Shown here piece by piece: positions 16,533 through 26,696 of a stretch of 57,827 nt of DNA (position 1 is its first letter; each line of letters opens with the position of its first letter). Position numbers and translations under genes: made by a program. The notes below the pieces were generated by a model. It had not been told where the DNA came from and did no database searches. It saw only the letters and a list, made by a program, of their open reading frames with translations. The stretch is from a virus (taxonomy: Duplodnaviria; Caudoviricetes): positions 1 to 57,827 of the IMG/VR virus record IMGVR_UViG_3300025536_000018; one strand, written 5' to 3'.

Positions 16533-16814
16533 CTAGTCGGGACAGTCCAGCCCCTTCATTCCCGTCTCATCGAAGAAGCGGCAGAGCCGCACACCGGCCG
16601 AGCGGAGTCGGTCGCCCCAACTCTCGACGCTCGCGTTGTAGCTGGCTTCGGCCACGGGATCGGTCGCGATCTCGTCAGTCGGGATCGGCTTGGCTTCCGT
16701 CACCGCCTGAAGGTCCGCAAGAGGGGGGTATCCGCCCGTAGCGGCGCAACCGCTCACAAGCGAGAGCATGAGCGGCAGGGCTAAGGCTCCCGCCAGGCGC
16801 GTTCTGTATGACAT
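16533..16814 (-). CDS. Outer-membrane spanin (Rz1-like lipoprotein)
   Basis: Signal peptide with lipobox LVSG-C, Pro-rich, overlaps the i-spanin. Confidence 0.8.
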   Translation of the reverse strand: MSYRTRLAGALALPLMLSLVSGCAATGGYPPLADLQAVTEAKPIPTDEIATDPVAEASYNASVESWGDRLRSAGVRLCRFFDETGMKGLDCPD

Positions 16815-17082
16815 CCTGAAGTTCCTTCTCACTCTTGGCGTTTTCGATGGTGTCCACGGCCCGCTGGTCGGCCGCGTCTTCACGGGCACCGCTGGCAGCG
16901 GCCTCGCGCTGGACTTCGTGGTCTTCGATCACGGAGTTGTCGTAGGCGCACTTGCCCACGCCGAGCGCGATGACCAGGGCGACGGCGAGCACGCCGATCC
17001 CGATGGCCTTGGCGACCTTGTAGGACAGCTTCTTCCCGAACAGTCCAGGGATGAAAGCGCCGATGGTTGCGATGATACTCAT
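16675..17082 (-). CDS. Inner-membrane spanin (Rz-like)
   Basis: N-terminal TM, helical periplasmic part, follows the endolysin. Confidence 0.75.
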   Translation of the reverse strand: MSIIATIGAFIPGLFGKKLSYKVAKAIGIGVLAVALVIALGVGKCAYDNSVIEDHEVQREAAASGAREDAADQRAVDTIENAKSEKELQDVIQNAPGGSLSPAAHALACERLRRYGRIPPSCGPSGGDGSQADPD

Positions 17083-17092
17083 GTCGATCTCC

Positions 17093-17905
17093 TTACGGCC
17101 GTTGCCGGTATCCAGCCTGTTGCAGGCCGGTCTGGAAGTCGATGGCATAGCCACCGATCAACTGTGCCTTGTCTCGGCCGTTGATGATGTCGCGGCTCGC
17201 GATGAACTGTTCCAGGGTGCCCGCTCCACGCACAGGAAGATCGTCGTCCAGGTCGCGGGTGGTGAACCATCCCTCGCGCATCCCATAGACCATCACAGCG
17301 GCGGCCACGTCAGCCTTCAGGAGATCGTCAGGGTTGGCCACCAGGTCCACGTTCCAGCCGCGCTCGCGTAGCTTCTCCGTGGCCTTCTCGTAGTTCGTCC
17401 TGCCCGTCAGTTGCGGATAGCCGCGACCGGCGAACTTGGCCCCGTCGCCAGGCGTCAGGTTGCCGAGTTCGCGGGCCTTGGCTGGTCGACTCCCCCGGAT
17501 GTCATACATGCGGGTGTAGTAGGCGGTGCCGCCATACTCCTTGACCGGCAGCATCGTATGCGCGGTTTCGTGGTAGGCCGTGGCCAGGGCATAGGCGATC
17601 CAGGAGACGCCCCACCCCTCGCGAGCGCACGCCTGGATGATCGTGTCGCATCCGGCGAACTCATCGGCCGAGATCACCGGGCCGAGCATCTTGTTGCCGC
17701 GTAGGAAGTCGTAGAACGCCCCGTAGTCCTCGAAGAAGGACGCGCTGCCATCGTTGAGCGGCTTAGGGGCTGGCGACGGCGCGGGAGCCGGGACGGACGG
17801 CGGGGCGGAATCGATTCCCTCCGGCACCATCTCGGCGAGCAAACGAAGCTCGGCCGCACGCGCCTCCAGTTCGGCCGCGATATCGAGTAGCTGTTGATCG
17901 CTCAT
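17093..17905 (-). CDS. Endolysin, glycoside hydrolase family 19
   Basis: AYALATAYHET, GRGYPQLTGRTNY, RDIING motifs. Confidence 0.9.
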   Translation of the reverse strand: MSDQQLLDIAAELEARAAELRLLAEMVPEGIDSAPPSVPAPAPSPAPKPLNDGSASFFEDYGAFYDFLRGNKMLGPVISADEFAGCDTIIQACAREGWGVSWIAYALATAYHETAHTMLPVKEYGGTAYYTRMYDIRGSRPAKARELGNLTPGDGAKFAGRGYPQLTGRTNYEKATEKLRERGWNVDLVANPDDLLKADVAAAVMVYGMREGWFTTRDLDDDLPVRGAGTLEQFIASRDIINGRDKAQLIGGYAIDFQTGLQQAGYRQRP

Positions 17906-18393
17906 GACCGTCGACTCCTTGGTGCTGCATCTTGCTCCGGCTCCGGCCGCTCTCGGCGTGATTCCGGCCGGTCCTGGTGGCTCGGCTCTGGACCCGCCAC
18001 AGGCGGCACAGGAGGCGCTGGAGGCCGTCCTACGGTCCTGGCGGTGTCGGTGCTGCCGTCAGCCTCAACGCGCTGTCTCCCGGCCATCTGGACGCCGGAG
18101 CGGAGCAAGGCCGCGACCTTCAGCATCTTGACGATTTGCTCGGCGGACGGGGCCACCATGTAATAGGTCGCCATCAACCCGGAAAAGCCGATGATCCACT
18201 TGCAGAGCGACAGGAGCGCGGGCACGCCGAGATGCGGCGCGGAGAGCGCGACGGCCGCCAGCCGGTCGATAGCCCCCCACAGCATGAAGAGCACGGCCGC
18301 CGTGGTCGTGAATACGAAAACCCGCCGCCAGAGCCAGGAGGCTTCGGGCAGCGGGTCTTGTAGGTCCGTGGTCGGGCTGGTGCCGTCGCTCAT
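17902..18393 (-). CDS. Putative holin
   Basis: Two TM segments, directly upstream of the endolysin. Confidence 0.6.
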   Translation of the reverse strand: MSDGTSPTTDLQDPLPEASWLWRRVFVFTTTAAVLFMLWGAIDRLAAVALSAPHLGVPALLSLCKWIIGFSGLMATYYMVAPSAEQIVKMLKVAALLRSGVQMAGRQRVEADGSTDTARTVGRPPAPPVPPVAGPEPSHQDRPESRRERPEPEQDAAPRSRRS

Positions 18394-18686
18394 CTCATCG
18401 TGTCCCTCAACTGCAATACGGCGAAGCGTAGCTCGGCCATCTCCCGTTGGTGATCTCGAAGCGCCTCCGCGACATCCCGGTTACTTTCCGACCACATCAA
18501 CAGAGTGGTGCTGTCCAGGATCGCGCCACCTATGACTTTCGCGGCGCTCTTGTCGTCGTTCTCGACGCTCTTGATCTTTTTAACCGCCGACCAGATTGCC
18601 GCTATCACTGTGCCCACCGCTGCGAGAAAGACTCCGGCGTTCGTGATGATGGAAATGAAGTCAGGCGACGAAACTATGCTGGACAC
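18390..18686 (-). CDS. Single-TM lysis-cassette protein (holin/antiholin candidate)
   Basis: One TM plus a coiled C-terminus. Confidence 0.55.
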   Translation of the reverse strand: MSSIVSSPDFISIITNAGVFLAAVGTVIAAIWSAVKKIKSVENDDKSAAKVIGGAILDSTTLLMWSESNRDVAEALRDHQREMAELRFAVLQLRDTMR

Positions 18687-19167
18687 GGCGCGGCCTCTTG
18701 CTCTTCATATCGAGCCGCACCTTTTCCGCAAAAACCATGTCAGTAGATGCTCTGTAGGCCGACACGATATCCATCATGACTAGCCCTGCATAAACAACTA
18801 TTCCTGTATTTGCCACCCCACTATTGAAGAGTCCGATGCAAACTTGCGTCCAGATGAACGCGGACAGGAAGCTCATGAGCAAACGGATGATCGGCGTCCG
18901 CGTATAGGCCCCGTTTATGAAGAGGGCGCACGCACGGACCATGCCGACGAAGATGGCGGTAAGTCCCCACAGCGCGGCCGGGTCATAGCCGCGTGCCATC
19001 TCTTTCATGCCGGAGAATACCTGGCGAGTCGCGTCGTCAGCGAACAGTCCCGGATGGAGGACGACATAGACACCCCACCAAACGAGCATGAAGGACATCC
19101 ACCATTCGGGGAGCCTTGCTGGAAAATGTTGCTTCAACGAAACTATTAGCATGTCAACGCCTCGCAC
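18661..19167 (-). CDS. Four-TM membrane protein at the head of the lysis cassette
   Basis: Four hydrophobic segments; start may be at 19152. Confidence 0.65.
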   Translation of the reverse strand: MRGVDMLIVSLKQHFPARLPEWWMSFMLVWWGVYVVLHPGLFADDATRQVFSGMKEMARGYDPAALWGLTAIFVGMVRACALFINGAYTRTPIIRLLMSFLSAFIWTQVCIGLFNSGVANTGIVVYAGLVMMDIVSAYRASTDMVFAEKVRLDMKSKRPRRVQHSFVA

Positions 19168-19217
19168 GTTCGACCCCCGCTTGTGAAGAATAGTTGGTGC
19201 CTGTTCTGGTTCCCACC

Positions 19218-19246
19218 GTATTAACCTTTTTGCGACTCGATAGCAA
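19218..19246 (-). promoter_or_regulatory. Putative lysis-cassette promoter
   Basis: TTGCTA-17 nt (contains CGAGTCG)-TAATAC, just downstream of two palindromes. Confidence 0.45.
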
Positions 19247-19308
19247 CCCCATGGAAGTTACTTCGGTTTTTCGTGAACATACGGTGAACACTAGAAGTTA
19301 CTTCCGAA

Positions 19309-20745
19309 TCACGAACGCGGGAACGCCGAAGTGGGAGGAACGAAAGACTCAGTATAGACCGGCTCACCTTTAGTGATACGAACTTCATCAATCCAGCCGA
19401 TAAAGTCGCGAGCCGTGCTGAAACCGTCTCGGCCGATCCGCAATACTTGCGTGTTGTTAGAAGGAGCGGCCCTTTGCGCGCCGACACGCCTCATAATCCC
19501 GTTAACGAATAGTCGGTAGAACGCACCTTCACGCGAAACAGCGATGTGGTGCCACTGGCCTGTGGCGAGGACTTGGCTATCGTCAAGGGCGACGACATCA
19601 TTACCCGCCGCAAGAGCCAAGAAACTCGCTTTACCGTCATTCAAGTCTAGGCTGTATTCCTGCCCACTTGTCGATGGTCTCTTATTGACGATAGCCACCC
19701 GTCCCGCTTTGATGGAGGGAAGGTAAATCCAGGCTTCCACACAAAAGTCGTCCGTGCTTCCAGTGCCTATAGGCATCTTCAGTTCGGCCGCATCCGGGGT
19801 GGTCAAGAAGTCACCCGTTCCGTCCAGGAGCAAAGATGTAGCCCCGAACTTAGCTTGCGCGGCGTCGAGTTGCGCGTTGCCGTTGAACGTCATCGGGTGG
19901 GCGTAAGTGCTTTCGTCCGTGGTCGCGACATCGCCATCCGAACCGTTCATACCGAGCAAAAGAACGACATTCGAGAAGGTCGGGTTTGGCGCGGACGGGA
20001 GGGTCAGAGAACGCGCGGTTGGGAACGGGAGAGTGGGCGGGGTGAAACCGGCCAAGTTATAGCGCGGAACGCCCATCGTTATCCGAAGCCAGTTCAAATT
20101 GCCATACCAGTAGCGACTGGCCTGGTCGTTTTCGGACTGTCCGATATACAGGAGCGTGCCGTCCGCGCCCATGGTGGAGCTTTGCGTATTGGAGCCTTTG
20201 AGCACGCCGTCCACGAAGCCGTAGTAAGTGGTTCCAACGCGGATCACGCAAACATGGTGGACGGTGTTGTTAGACATACCGGCCGCGACACTAAGCCGCG
20301 TTGTGCCTGTGGTCCCGCTGAAAGTTGAGAAGTTGATGACGTTGTTGACTATAGCCATGATGTAGTTGTTGCTGTTACGACGCCGACCGAATATCTGGTT
20401 GTTCTGGCTGATATCGGTGCAGTAAACGTAGGCTTCCATACAGAAGTCCGGACCTGTGGCTCCGGTCAAAGTCAAGCCATCGTCCCAACTGGCATTTAGG
20501 TAGTTCGCATCGGCACCAAAGAGGATGCTTGGGTTGTCTCCCACGGTGATCCCGGTGTCAACTTGTGCCGCGCCTACCGCATTTACAGTTCGGGCGTATT
20601 GCGAACGATCCGTGAAAACAGTGGAGGCGTCGGCCCCCTCGCCGTGCAGCAAGAACACTACGTTGTCCCAATAGGGATCGGTAGCGGGCGGCGTGTAAGG
20701 AACAGCTTCTCCCCGGCCGAGAGAGGGTGCAGCGAAAGGAATCAC
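19309..20745 (-). CDS. Tail fibre/receptor-binding protein with two tandem LamG (ConA-like) domains
   Basis: Duplicated NVV.LL..G...TD.S / DFC.EA / HH..V.R.G..Y..FV.G / G....RIT.G..Y..F.PPT..FP units. Confidence 0.8.
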   Translation of the reverse strand: MIPFAAPSLGRGEAVPYTPPATDPYWDNVVFLLHGEGADASTVFTDRSQYARTVNAVGAAQVDTGITVGDNPSILFGADANYLNASWDDGLTLTGATGPDFCMEAYVYCTDISQNNQIFGRRRNSNNYIMAIVNNVINFSTFSGTTGTTRLSVAAGMSNNTVHHVCVIRVGTTYYGFVDGVLKGSNTQSSTMGADGTLLYIGQSENDQASRYWYGNLNWLRITMGVPRYNLAGFTPPTLPFPTARSLTLPSAPNPTFSNVVLLLGMNGSDGDVATTDESTYAHPMTFNGNAQLDAAQAKFGATSLLLDGTGDFLTTPDAAELKMPIGTGSTDDFCVEAWIYLPSIKAGRVAIVNKRPSTSGQEYSLDLNDGKASFLALAAGNDVVALDDSQVLATGQWHHIAVSREGAFYRLFVNGIMRRVGAQRAAPSNNTQVLRIGRDGFSTARDFIGWIDEVRITKGEPVYTESFVPPTSAFPRS

Positions 20746-21494
20746 GATTTGAAGTCCTTGCTAAGCGTTGCCATGATGGTGCCGTCGCTCCGGACATAAT
20801 AGGAGATCACGTCCACGGCGCTGGCGGTAGTCGAGAGCACGCCACCGGCCGCCACGCCTCCAGGGAACTTCCAGTTCGATCCGAAAGCCAGCGTGCGCGA
20901 TCCCGTGCCATCTTGGGTTACGATGATGATGCCCGACTGGCCCGTTTTCATGTTCGTCGGATTCGCCAAGGTGCGGTTGCCGCCGAGCGTAACCTTGAAG
21001 TTGAAGCCGGTGTTTCCGTCGATATTGATCGTCGCGCCATCCGTCAGTGTTTGAGTAACGGCGGCGTCGAAAATCTTCTTCGGAGTGACGGTTGCCAAGG
21101 ACGTGGTGCCGGTCCACATCTGGCTATCACTGGCCTCCGATCCAGGCACCGCGCCGGTCGTCATGAAGCGGTCAGCCCATACCGTGCCATCGAAGAAGTT
21201 GTAACGGTCGGTCGCCTTGTTCCAGAGCGTCCAGCCCTCGAACGGCGTGATGTATATCCACGCGCCTGCATCCCGCACCGCAACCTTGTTGGCCTGTGTG
21301 GGGTGCGTCTCATCGAAGATATGCACGTCGCCGTCAGTCGGTGCCCCTGGCGTGGCGGCGACCTTGCTAATGACGTTAGCCTGGACAAGGATGGAGAGCT
21401 TCAGCAAGTTCAAGCTCATCTCATCGTCCCACCCGTCCTCTCCGAGATCGAAGAAGGCTTTCAGGGCCAGGTTGGGAAGGTCGCGTGATGCCAT
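20742..21494 (-). CDS. Tail fibre adaptor (DUF2793-like N-terminus)
   Basis: GW..EM..NL.KL, P..P.DGD..I, W....P.EGW; C-terminal VTLGGNRTLANPTN...QDGTGSRTL domain. Confidence 0.8.
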   Translation of the reverse strand: MASRDLPNLALKAFFDLGEDGWDDEMSLNLLKLSILVQANVISKVAATPGAPTDGDVHIFDETHPTQANKVAVRDAGAWIYITPFEGWTLWNKATDRYNFFDGTVWADRFMTTGAVPGSEASDSQMWTGTTSLATVTPKKIFDAAVTQTLTDGATINIDGNTGFNFKVTLGGNRTLANPTNMKTGQSGIIIVTQDGTGSRTLAFGSNWKFPGGVAAGGVLSTTASAVDVISYYVRSDGTIMATLSKDFKS

Positions 21495-21518
21495 GTCAAT
21501 TCTCCGAAGTTACTTCCG

Positions 21519-23756
21519 TCATGATCCGCCCCAATTGAAGCCCCATCCGTAGCCCCAACCAGTATTAAGGAACACTTGGAAGCGATAATGCTGCCACGAT
21601 ACGATGCCGTCGCGTTCACTCTCCAATTCGATATAGACGATAGAAGGAGCGTTGTCGGCAGTCTGCATTGTGGCGTCGTAGGTCCAAGTTGTCGCGGCGA
21701 TTCCGGTGACAGTGCGAACCGCCGTGTCGGGATCGTCGTAAGGGTAGATGCGGATGTTATAGGTCGTCCCGTCCTCCGGGGCAACGCTGGCGTCGAAGTG
21801 GTCGATCAACTGGTCTGATTGCGTGACACGATTGCGGGTGCCCCAAGTTATGACAGGTTCATTGTGCTCCCCGTCCAGGGCATAGATGCTGTCCCCGTCC
21901 ACTTGAACGTCCGAAGGCGGATAAGGTCGGCCCTGGCGACCTACCAGTTCGATTGACTGTTCGGCCGCGTCTTCCAGTGCCAAGACATCCGACGATATCC
22001 TGGTCAGCACCTTGGCGAAGACTGTTTCCCCTTCAGTGTAGGCGCGGCCGTCCGAGATTAGGTCGTCGTCAATCGTCCAAAGGATGTCACCGGCCGAGTG
22101 CGTTTGCGGAATCGTATCGCCTGTGCCGCGAGCAATGGTCGCCGTGCTGGTGCCCTCATCGAAGGCGTCCAGGCGGACGAGTTCTTCCCCGATGTAGAGG
22201 GCCTGGCCTACCGTGTCAGGGCCAACATCCGAGATGTCCGTCAGAACGACTTCCGTTTCGGTCTCGGAGATATCGTCCTGGAGCTTGGCATTGCCGGTGA
22301 AACTGCCGGTCACATCGACCGAATACTCCGGCTCGCCGTCCGCCCTGGTAGCCAGGTCGTATTGGTAGCTGGTGGTGTTGGGGGCCAGAGCAAGCTGACC
22401 GATATAGGCGGCGTCCACCGGGGCACTCTCGGCGTCTCCAGCGCCCACCAGGAGATAGATATCCCGGTAGCTGGCTTCGATGAGGCGTTCTTCGGCCGCT
22501 GGCACGGCCACGGAGGGCGGCGGCGTCCAGCCTGGCTCGGCGGGCACCACATAGCTGGTCTCTGGCAGGCCGAAGACATCCTGGATCGTCTTGATGGAGA
22601 TTTGCCCGTTGAGCATGTTCCCATCGTCAATCTCGCCAGCGCGGAGAACGATGTTGCTGATTCCCCGTTTGGGATCGCTGACGCGGAACGGCATACCAGG
22701 AGCGATCCGCCAGCCGCGCCGGTCCAGGACCACCGTGTAGCGCTTCAGGCCGACCGCGTTGGCGCGGAGATCGCGAAGCACCACTCGGCCGAGAAGTTCC
22801 TTCGTCGGGATGCCGCGATAGTCCTGGTCGAGCGAGGACACCGACTGTTGCGCCTGGAATGACGCCAGGTTTTGCGCGCGAACCTGGAACTCCTGGTTGG
22901 TGATAGGATCGCGGCCGGTGCCGATGACTTCGTTGAAGGAAGAATCGGTCGATCCCGAATCGTCCTCCTTGATATCAAGCAAGCCGCTGTCCGGAGTGAA
23001 GAGCGGCAAGTCATCGGGATCATAGTCGTCACGGACTAGGCGGATGACGATGAGTCCGGTCTCGCGATCCGTGTAGAGCACCGCGCCAAGAAGATCGCAC
23101 AGCTTGTTGATGAAGGTGTCGATGTCTTCCTTGCGATACCAAGCGATGCAGAGACCGAAGTTCTCCCCGCACAGCGTATTCGCGGCGGCGATGAAGCTGT
23201 TCTCATCCAGCTTGTCGGCCGGGAGACCACGGCCCCATTGCGGATTGGTGCAGCACTCGTAAACGATGTGCGCGCCGTTCATGGCCTTGATCTGACCACC
23301 GTTGAGGAAGACCACGGCCTTCTCTGGATACCAGGGATTGTCCTGCCACCAGCCCTTGTCCCAACGGCGAACGCGGAACTTCCATTCCTTGACGTAGGGA
23401 TTCATGGCCGAGACCATGCCGTCGAACCAGAGCGTCACGACGCCCCGGAAGTCGGACACCAGGCCGGTCCCGATGGAACCTTTGACGCTCGGCAAGGAGC
23501 CTTGCGCGCCAGGGAGCACCTGGTCTTCAGCGCCCATCCACACAGAGAACGGCCCGACCAGGCCGCCTTCCTTCTTCTCGCCGCCGAAGAGATCGGGGCG
23601 GTTGACAGAGGACAAGGTGTTGTCGGTGATAGGTCCGCGCCACGCGGTCAGGTCGGCCGCCTTCCACTCCACGAACTCATTGATCGGGCCACGGCAAAGC
23701 CCGCTCAAAATCGACATGAAGTAGCGGTAGCCGATTGTCTGTTTCTTAGCGCCCAT
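21519..23756 (-). CDS. Tail tip/central tail protein (gpJ-like)
   Basis: GGEKKEGG, FRG, NGAHIVYEC.TN..WG.G motifs; gene order. Confidence 0.85.
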   Translation of the reverse strand: MGAKKQTIGYRYFMSILSGLCRGPINEFVEWKAADLTAWRGPITDNTLSSVNRPDLFGGEKKEGGLVGPFSVWMGAEDQVLPGAQGSLPSVKGSIGTGLVSDFRGVVTLWFDGMVSAMNPYVKEWKFRVRRWDKGWWQDNPWYPEKAVVFLNGGQIKAMNGAHIVYECCTNPQWGRGLPADKLDENSFIAAANTLCGENFGLCIAWYRKEDIDTFINKLCDLLGAVLYTDRETGLIVIRLVRDDYDPDDLPLFTPDSGLLDIKEDDSGSTDSSFNEVIGTGRDPITNQEFQVRAQNLASFQAQQSVSSLDQDYRGIPTKELLGRVVLRDLRANAVGLKRYTVVLDRRGWRIAPGMPFRVSDPKRGISNIVLRAGEIDDGNMLNGQISIKTIQDVFGLPETSYVVPAEPGWTPPPSVAVPAAEERLIEASYRDIYLLVGAGDAESAPVDAAYIGQLALAPNTTSYQYDLATRADGEPEYSVDVTGSFTGNAKLQDDISETETEVVLTDISDVGPDTVGQALYIGEELVRLDAFDEGTSTATIARGTGDTIPQTHSAGDILWTIDDDLISDGRAYTEGETVFAKVLTRISSDVLALEDAAEQSIELVGRQGRPYPPSDVQVDGDSIYALDGEHNEPVITWGTRNRVTQSDQLIDHFDASVAPEDGTTYNIRIYPYDDPDTAVRTVTGIAATTWTYDATMQTADNAPSIVYIELESERDGIVSWQHYRFQVFLNTGWGYGWGFNWGGS

Positions 23757-23958
23757 GGTCGTCCCTTGCGATCTCGGCCACGCGGATAGCGAAAGGATCG
23801 CCGGTCGCGGCCAGGCGGTCGGCCGGTATGCCGTTCTTCACGAAGTCTCTCCAGTCGAGACCGTTGGCCCCCCACCAGTCGCGCGTGCCGTTGACGCAAA
23901 GGTTCGCCATGCGGAGATGCTTCACGCGAACTATCACTTCGGAAGTTACTTCCGGCAT
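23746..23958 (-). CDS. Tail assembly protein
   Basis: C..GTR.W...GLDW.DFVKNGI.A..L..TGD motif typical of this tail type. Confidence 0.8.
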   Translation of the reverse strand: MPEVTSEVIVRVKHLRMANLCVNGTRDWWGANGLDWRDFVKNGIPADRLAATGDPFAIRVAEIARDDHGR

Positions 23959-24191
23959 CACTTCTTGCCCTTCGACTGAATCTTGGTAGTCCGGTAGTTG
24001 CCATACCAGAGAACGAACCAGCCATCCAGCCACACATCCCCGAAGACGACAGCGTGCGGCGTGCCTTCCTCGACTTGCGGGATGTCGAAGTCCTCCAAGG
24101 AAGCGGCTTGCTGGTTGGGGACTTTCATGGTGATCGCTTGGATGACGTAACTCGCCACCATCGCGATCAAGGCCCATGCAAACATTGGCAT
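23958..24191 (-). CDS. Tail assembly protein
   Basis: P.VEEGTP..VVFGD.W...VLWYG. Confidence 0.8.
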   Translation of the reverse strand: MPMFAWALIAMVASYVIQAITMKVPNQQAASLEDFDIPQVEEGTPHAVVFGDVWLDGWFVLWYGNYRTTKIQSKGKK

Positions 24192-24201
24192 CGGCTGTCC
24201 C

Positions 24202-25038
24202 CTAGAAGATCAATGTCCCGAACGGCGTTTGCCCCGGCATAAAGTCGAAGCCCCCGAAGTTCGGAAGGTTGGCGAACTTGCTGTTGCAAGTCGTAGGGGA
24301 TCGGTCGCAACCAGGATAGACGGCGACGGCATCGCCGATCTCCAATCCGTCCGTCAGGCCGAGCATGGTGAGCACCAAGCCAGTGTGCGATTCGATCATG
24401 CGGCGTTCAATGGTGCCTTCGTCGGTGATCTCCCACGATATGAAGCCGCCGTTGAAGTATCCGTCAGGGTGCGCGCCTAAAGTGTCGAGCGTGACGGTGT
24501 TGCCGGTCAGCGCCGTGACCGCGCCATCCGTGCGGAAGTCCTCCGGATCGACCCGGCAACCGGGATCGTAGAGGAAGTGCGGGCACTCGCGGGTCCAGCA
24601 AAGCCGGAGGCCGGTTCGCTTGAACGAAGCCGTGATGGGCTTTCCGATAACCTGTGCGTCGGCGTCTCCGAGCCGCTTGACGTTCGTGACGGTGCCTATC
24701 CAGTAGATCGGAGCATCGACTTCCGACTCATGCTTACGGCGCACGGTGAGCCAGATGGAATCGCTTGGAGGCGTGCCACGGAAGAGATCGACAATCGGCA
24801 AGTTCGCGGGACAGTCCAAGGTGAAGTCGTTGGCCGACGATCCGCCCTGGACCATCCCCTTGTCCGAGACAGCGAGCGCTAGATACTCGACATCGGTGGC
24901 CACGCCGTTGATGATCTCGCTTCGAGTTATGTTCCGGTCGGCGGACGTGTAAGCCCATACCGTCGCGCCCCATACAATGAGATAGAGGGCAATCGGCCTG
25001 CCGTCTTGTGTGCTGATCTCGGCGTCGTTGAAAGCCAT
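24202..25038 (-). CDS. Tail hub protein, BR0599/gpL-like
   Basis: CPHFLYDPGC...PGCDR...C..KF.N..NFGGF Cys cluster. Confidence 0.85.
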   Translation of the reverse strand: MAFNDAEISTQDGRPIALYLIVWGATVWAYTSADRNITRSEIINGVATDVEYLALAVSDKGMVQGGSSANDFTLDCPANLPIVDLFRGTPPSDSIWLTVRRKHESEVDAPIYWIGTVTNVKRLGDADAQVIGKPITASFKRTGLRLCWTRECPHFLYDPGCRVDPEDFRTDGAVTALTGNTVTLDTLGAHPDGYFNGGFISWEITDEGTIERRMIESHTGLVLTMLGLTDGLEIGDAVAVYPGCDRSPTTCNSKFANLPNFGGFDFMPGQTPFGTLIF

Positions 25039-25040
25039 GG

Positions 25041-26696
25041 CTACTTGTCGATCCTGATAGAAACGCCACCAGAGTTATCGCCGAGAGGCGAATCAATGAT
25101 GCCGAACGTGTAGCTAGAATAGCCGGTGATGGTCTCGAAACCAAATGCCTGCCGTGCGGCTTCGTATCCGGCAAAACTGGCCGAAGGATCGCCGATTTGC
25201 ATGACCAGGGCGGGATTGCCATCTGGAACTACCCAAAACTGGTTGGCCGCTCCCCGTGATCCAGGCGTGACAGGAGGACCGGGATTGCCCCACGGAGACC
25301 AACCCGCGTAAGTCTGTCCTGGAGGCTGTGTCAGGTATAGCACATCGCTCGGCGAGAAGCCGGAGACCGTGATCCCGTTGGCCAGCATAGATGTGGCCGT
25401 CGATCCACCGTGGACATCCGCGTCCACGTTGATGAGGGTGACAAGCTCCAGGCCGCACGGCAAGTCGTCCATCTCGGCCGGTGGGATCGGGAAGTAGATC
25501 GCGCCAGCGGTCGTTCGCGAGTTCTTGAAGCTCTGGAACGTCAGCGAGCACTCCATCGCGCCGTCCGAGTCGGCGTGGTGCATGATCTCCACCGTATCCT
25601 GGTTGAGCCGCACGGTGGACAGGAAGCTCCCAGGGACACCGGAGACCACGGCAGCGGCGAGACCCGCCCCTACGCGGAGTCGCTCTTCAGCGGCCGACTG
25701 TGGGACGCCTATGTTGGTGATCCTGGCAGGGGTGACACCATTGATGAGCACCGCATCCCGGCCGGGGACGATCTCGCCACTCCCGGCATAGGTGTAGCCG
25801 ATCTTCTGGATGTCCAGGTTCGTGGAGGCGAGCGCGCTGTTGCGGCTGACCACGAAGTCCTGGTTGAAGGAGGGGAGCCACAGCGCCCGCTGACGGCCGC
25901 GAAGCCAATACAGGAACTCGCGGAACTCCGATTGCTCCTGGCGGCCCTGCTTGATCCAGCTATGCCCCTGAATCTGGAAGGCACGCTCGGCCGGATCGGT
26001 GCGATAAGGGATGCCCGTGCGGTTGTCTTGCTCGGAGGCGAGTCGCATGTGGTCGGTGGTGATGATTTGCGAACGGTTCGGCGGCGTCACCAGCACCGGC
26101 ATCCCCTCGAAGGTGAGATCGGCCGGAGTGGTCGCGGTATAATCGTTCGCTTCGATCACCTGGAACAGCAACACCGATTCCCCCACGGTCGTCGTCAGCG
26201 CGTCCAGGCTGGTTTCGGTCGAGAGGCGAGCCAGGCGCAACGGATAGACCTTGGCACCGGCCGACCAATTCCCGTCGAGCACCACGTCCAGGTCGAGACC
26301 GTCATCGTCTTGCCCGCCGATGGAAATAACTTCCCAGGTGAACGTGTCCTGGTAGAGCAAGGCAAAGCCGCCCGTCAGGAACTCGCGATAGGTGTTGTCG
26401 AAGTCCACCCGGCTCGCTCCGAGCGCGGCATCGGCCGTCAGCTTCGCTTGATCGAACCACAGCGGGCAGAGCCATTCGTCGCTGCCGAGCCGGTGCAACA
26501 CCAAGTCCAGGAAGCTCCGCTCGTTGTTCGTCGGATTGACGGTGATCTCGATATACCGGCGCGGCGACAGCCGGAGCGCCCGCCGTTGCTCGACGCCCGT
26601 GGACGAAGTGAGCACATCGGTCAGCCACTCCAAGCGCTCCAGCACGCCTTCGCGCCAGTTCGGCCGGATGCTCCATACAGGATAGGCAGGAGTCAT
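25041..26696 (-). CDS. Distal tail protein with a C-terminal extension
   Basis: PNW...V.ERLEWLTDVL.S..G.EQRR.LR..PRR; FL..LRGRQ...WLPS. Confidence 0.8.
   Translation of the reverse strand: MTPAYPVWSIRPNWREGVLERLEWLTDVLTSSTGVEQRRALRLSPRRYIEITVNPTNNERSFLDLVLHRLGSDEWLCPLWFDQAKLTADAALGASRVDFDNTYREFLTGGFALLYQDTFTWEVISIGGQDDDGLDLDVVLDGNWSAGAKVYPLRLARLSTETSLDALTTTVGESVLLFQVIEANDYTATTPADLTFEGMPVLVTPPNRSQIITTDHMRLASEQDNRTGIPYRTDPAERAFQIQGHSWIKQGRQEQSEFREFLYWLRGRQRALWLPSFNQDFVVSRNSALASTNLDIQKIGYTYAGSGEIVPGRDAVLINGVTPARITNIGVPQSAAEERLRVGAGLAAAVVSGVPGSFLSTVRLNQDTVEIMHHADSDGAMECSLTFQSFKNSRTTAGAIYFPIPPAEMDDLPCGLELVTLINVDADVHGGSTATSMLANGITVSGFSPSDVLYLTQPPGQTYAGWSPWGNPGPPVTPGSRGAANQFWVVPDGNPALVMQIGDPSASFAGYEAARQAFGFETITGYSSYTFGIIDSPLGDNSGGVSIRIDK

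Noticed and set aside
19309-20745. Diversity-generating retroelement acting on the duplicated LamG domains
   Set aside because: No reverse transcriptase, and the repeats are diverged at protein level rather than adenine-specific
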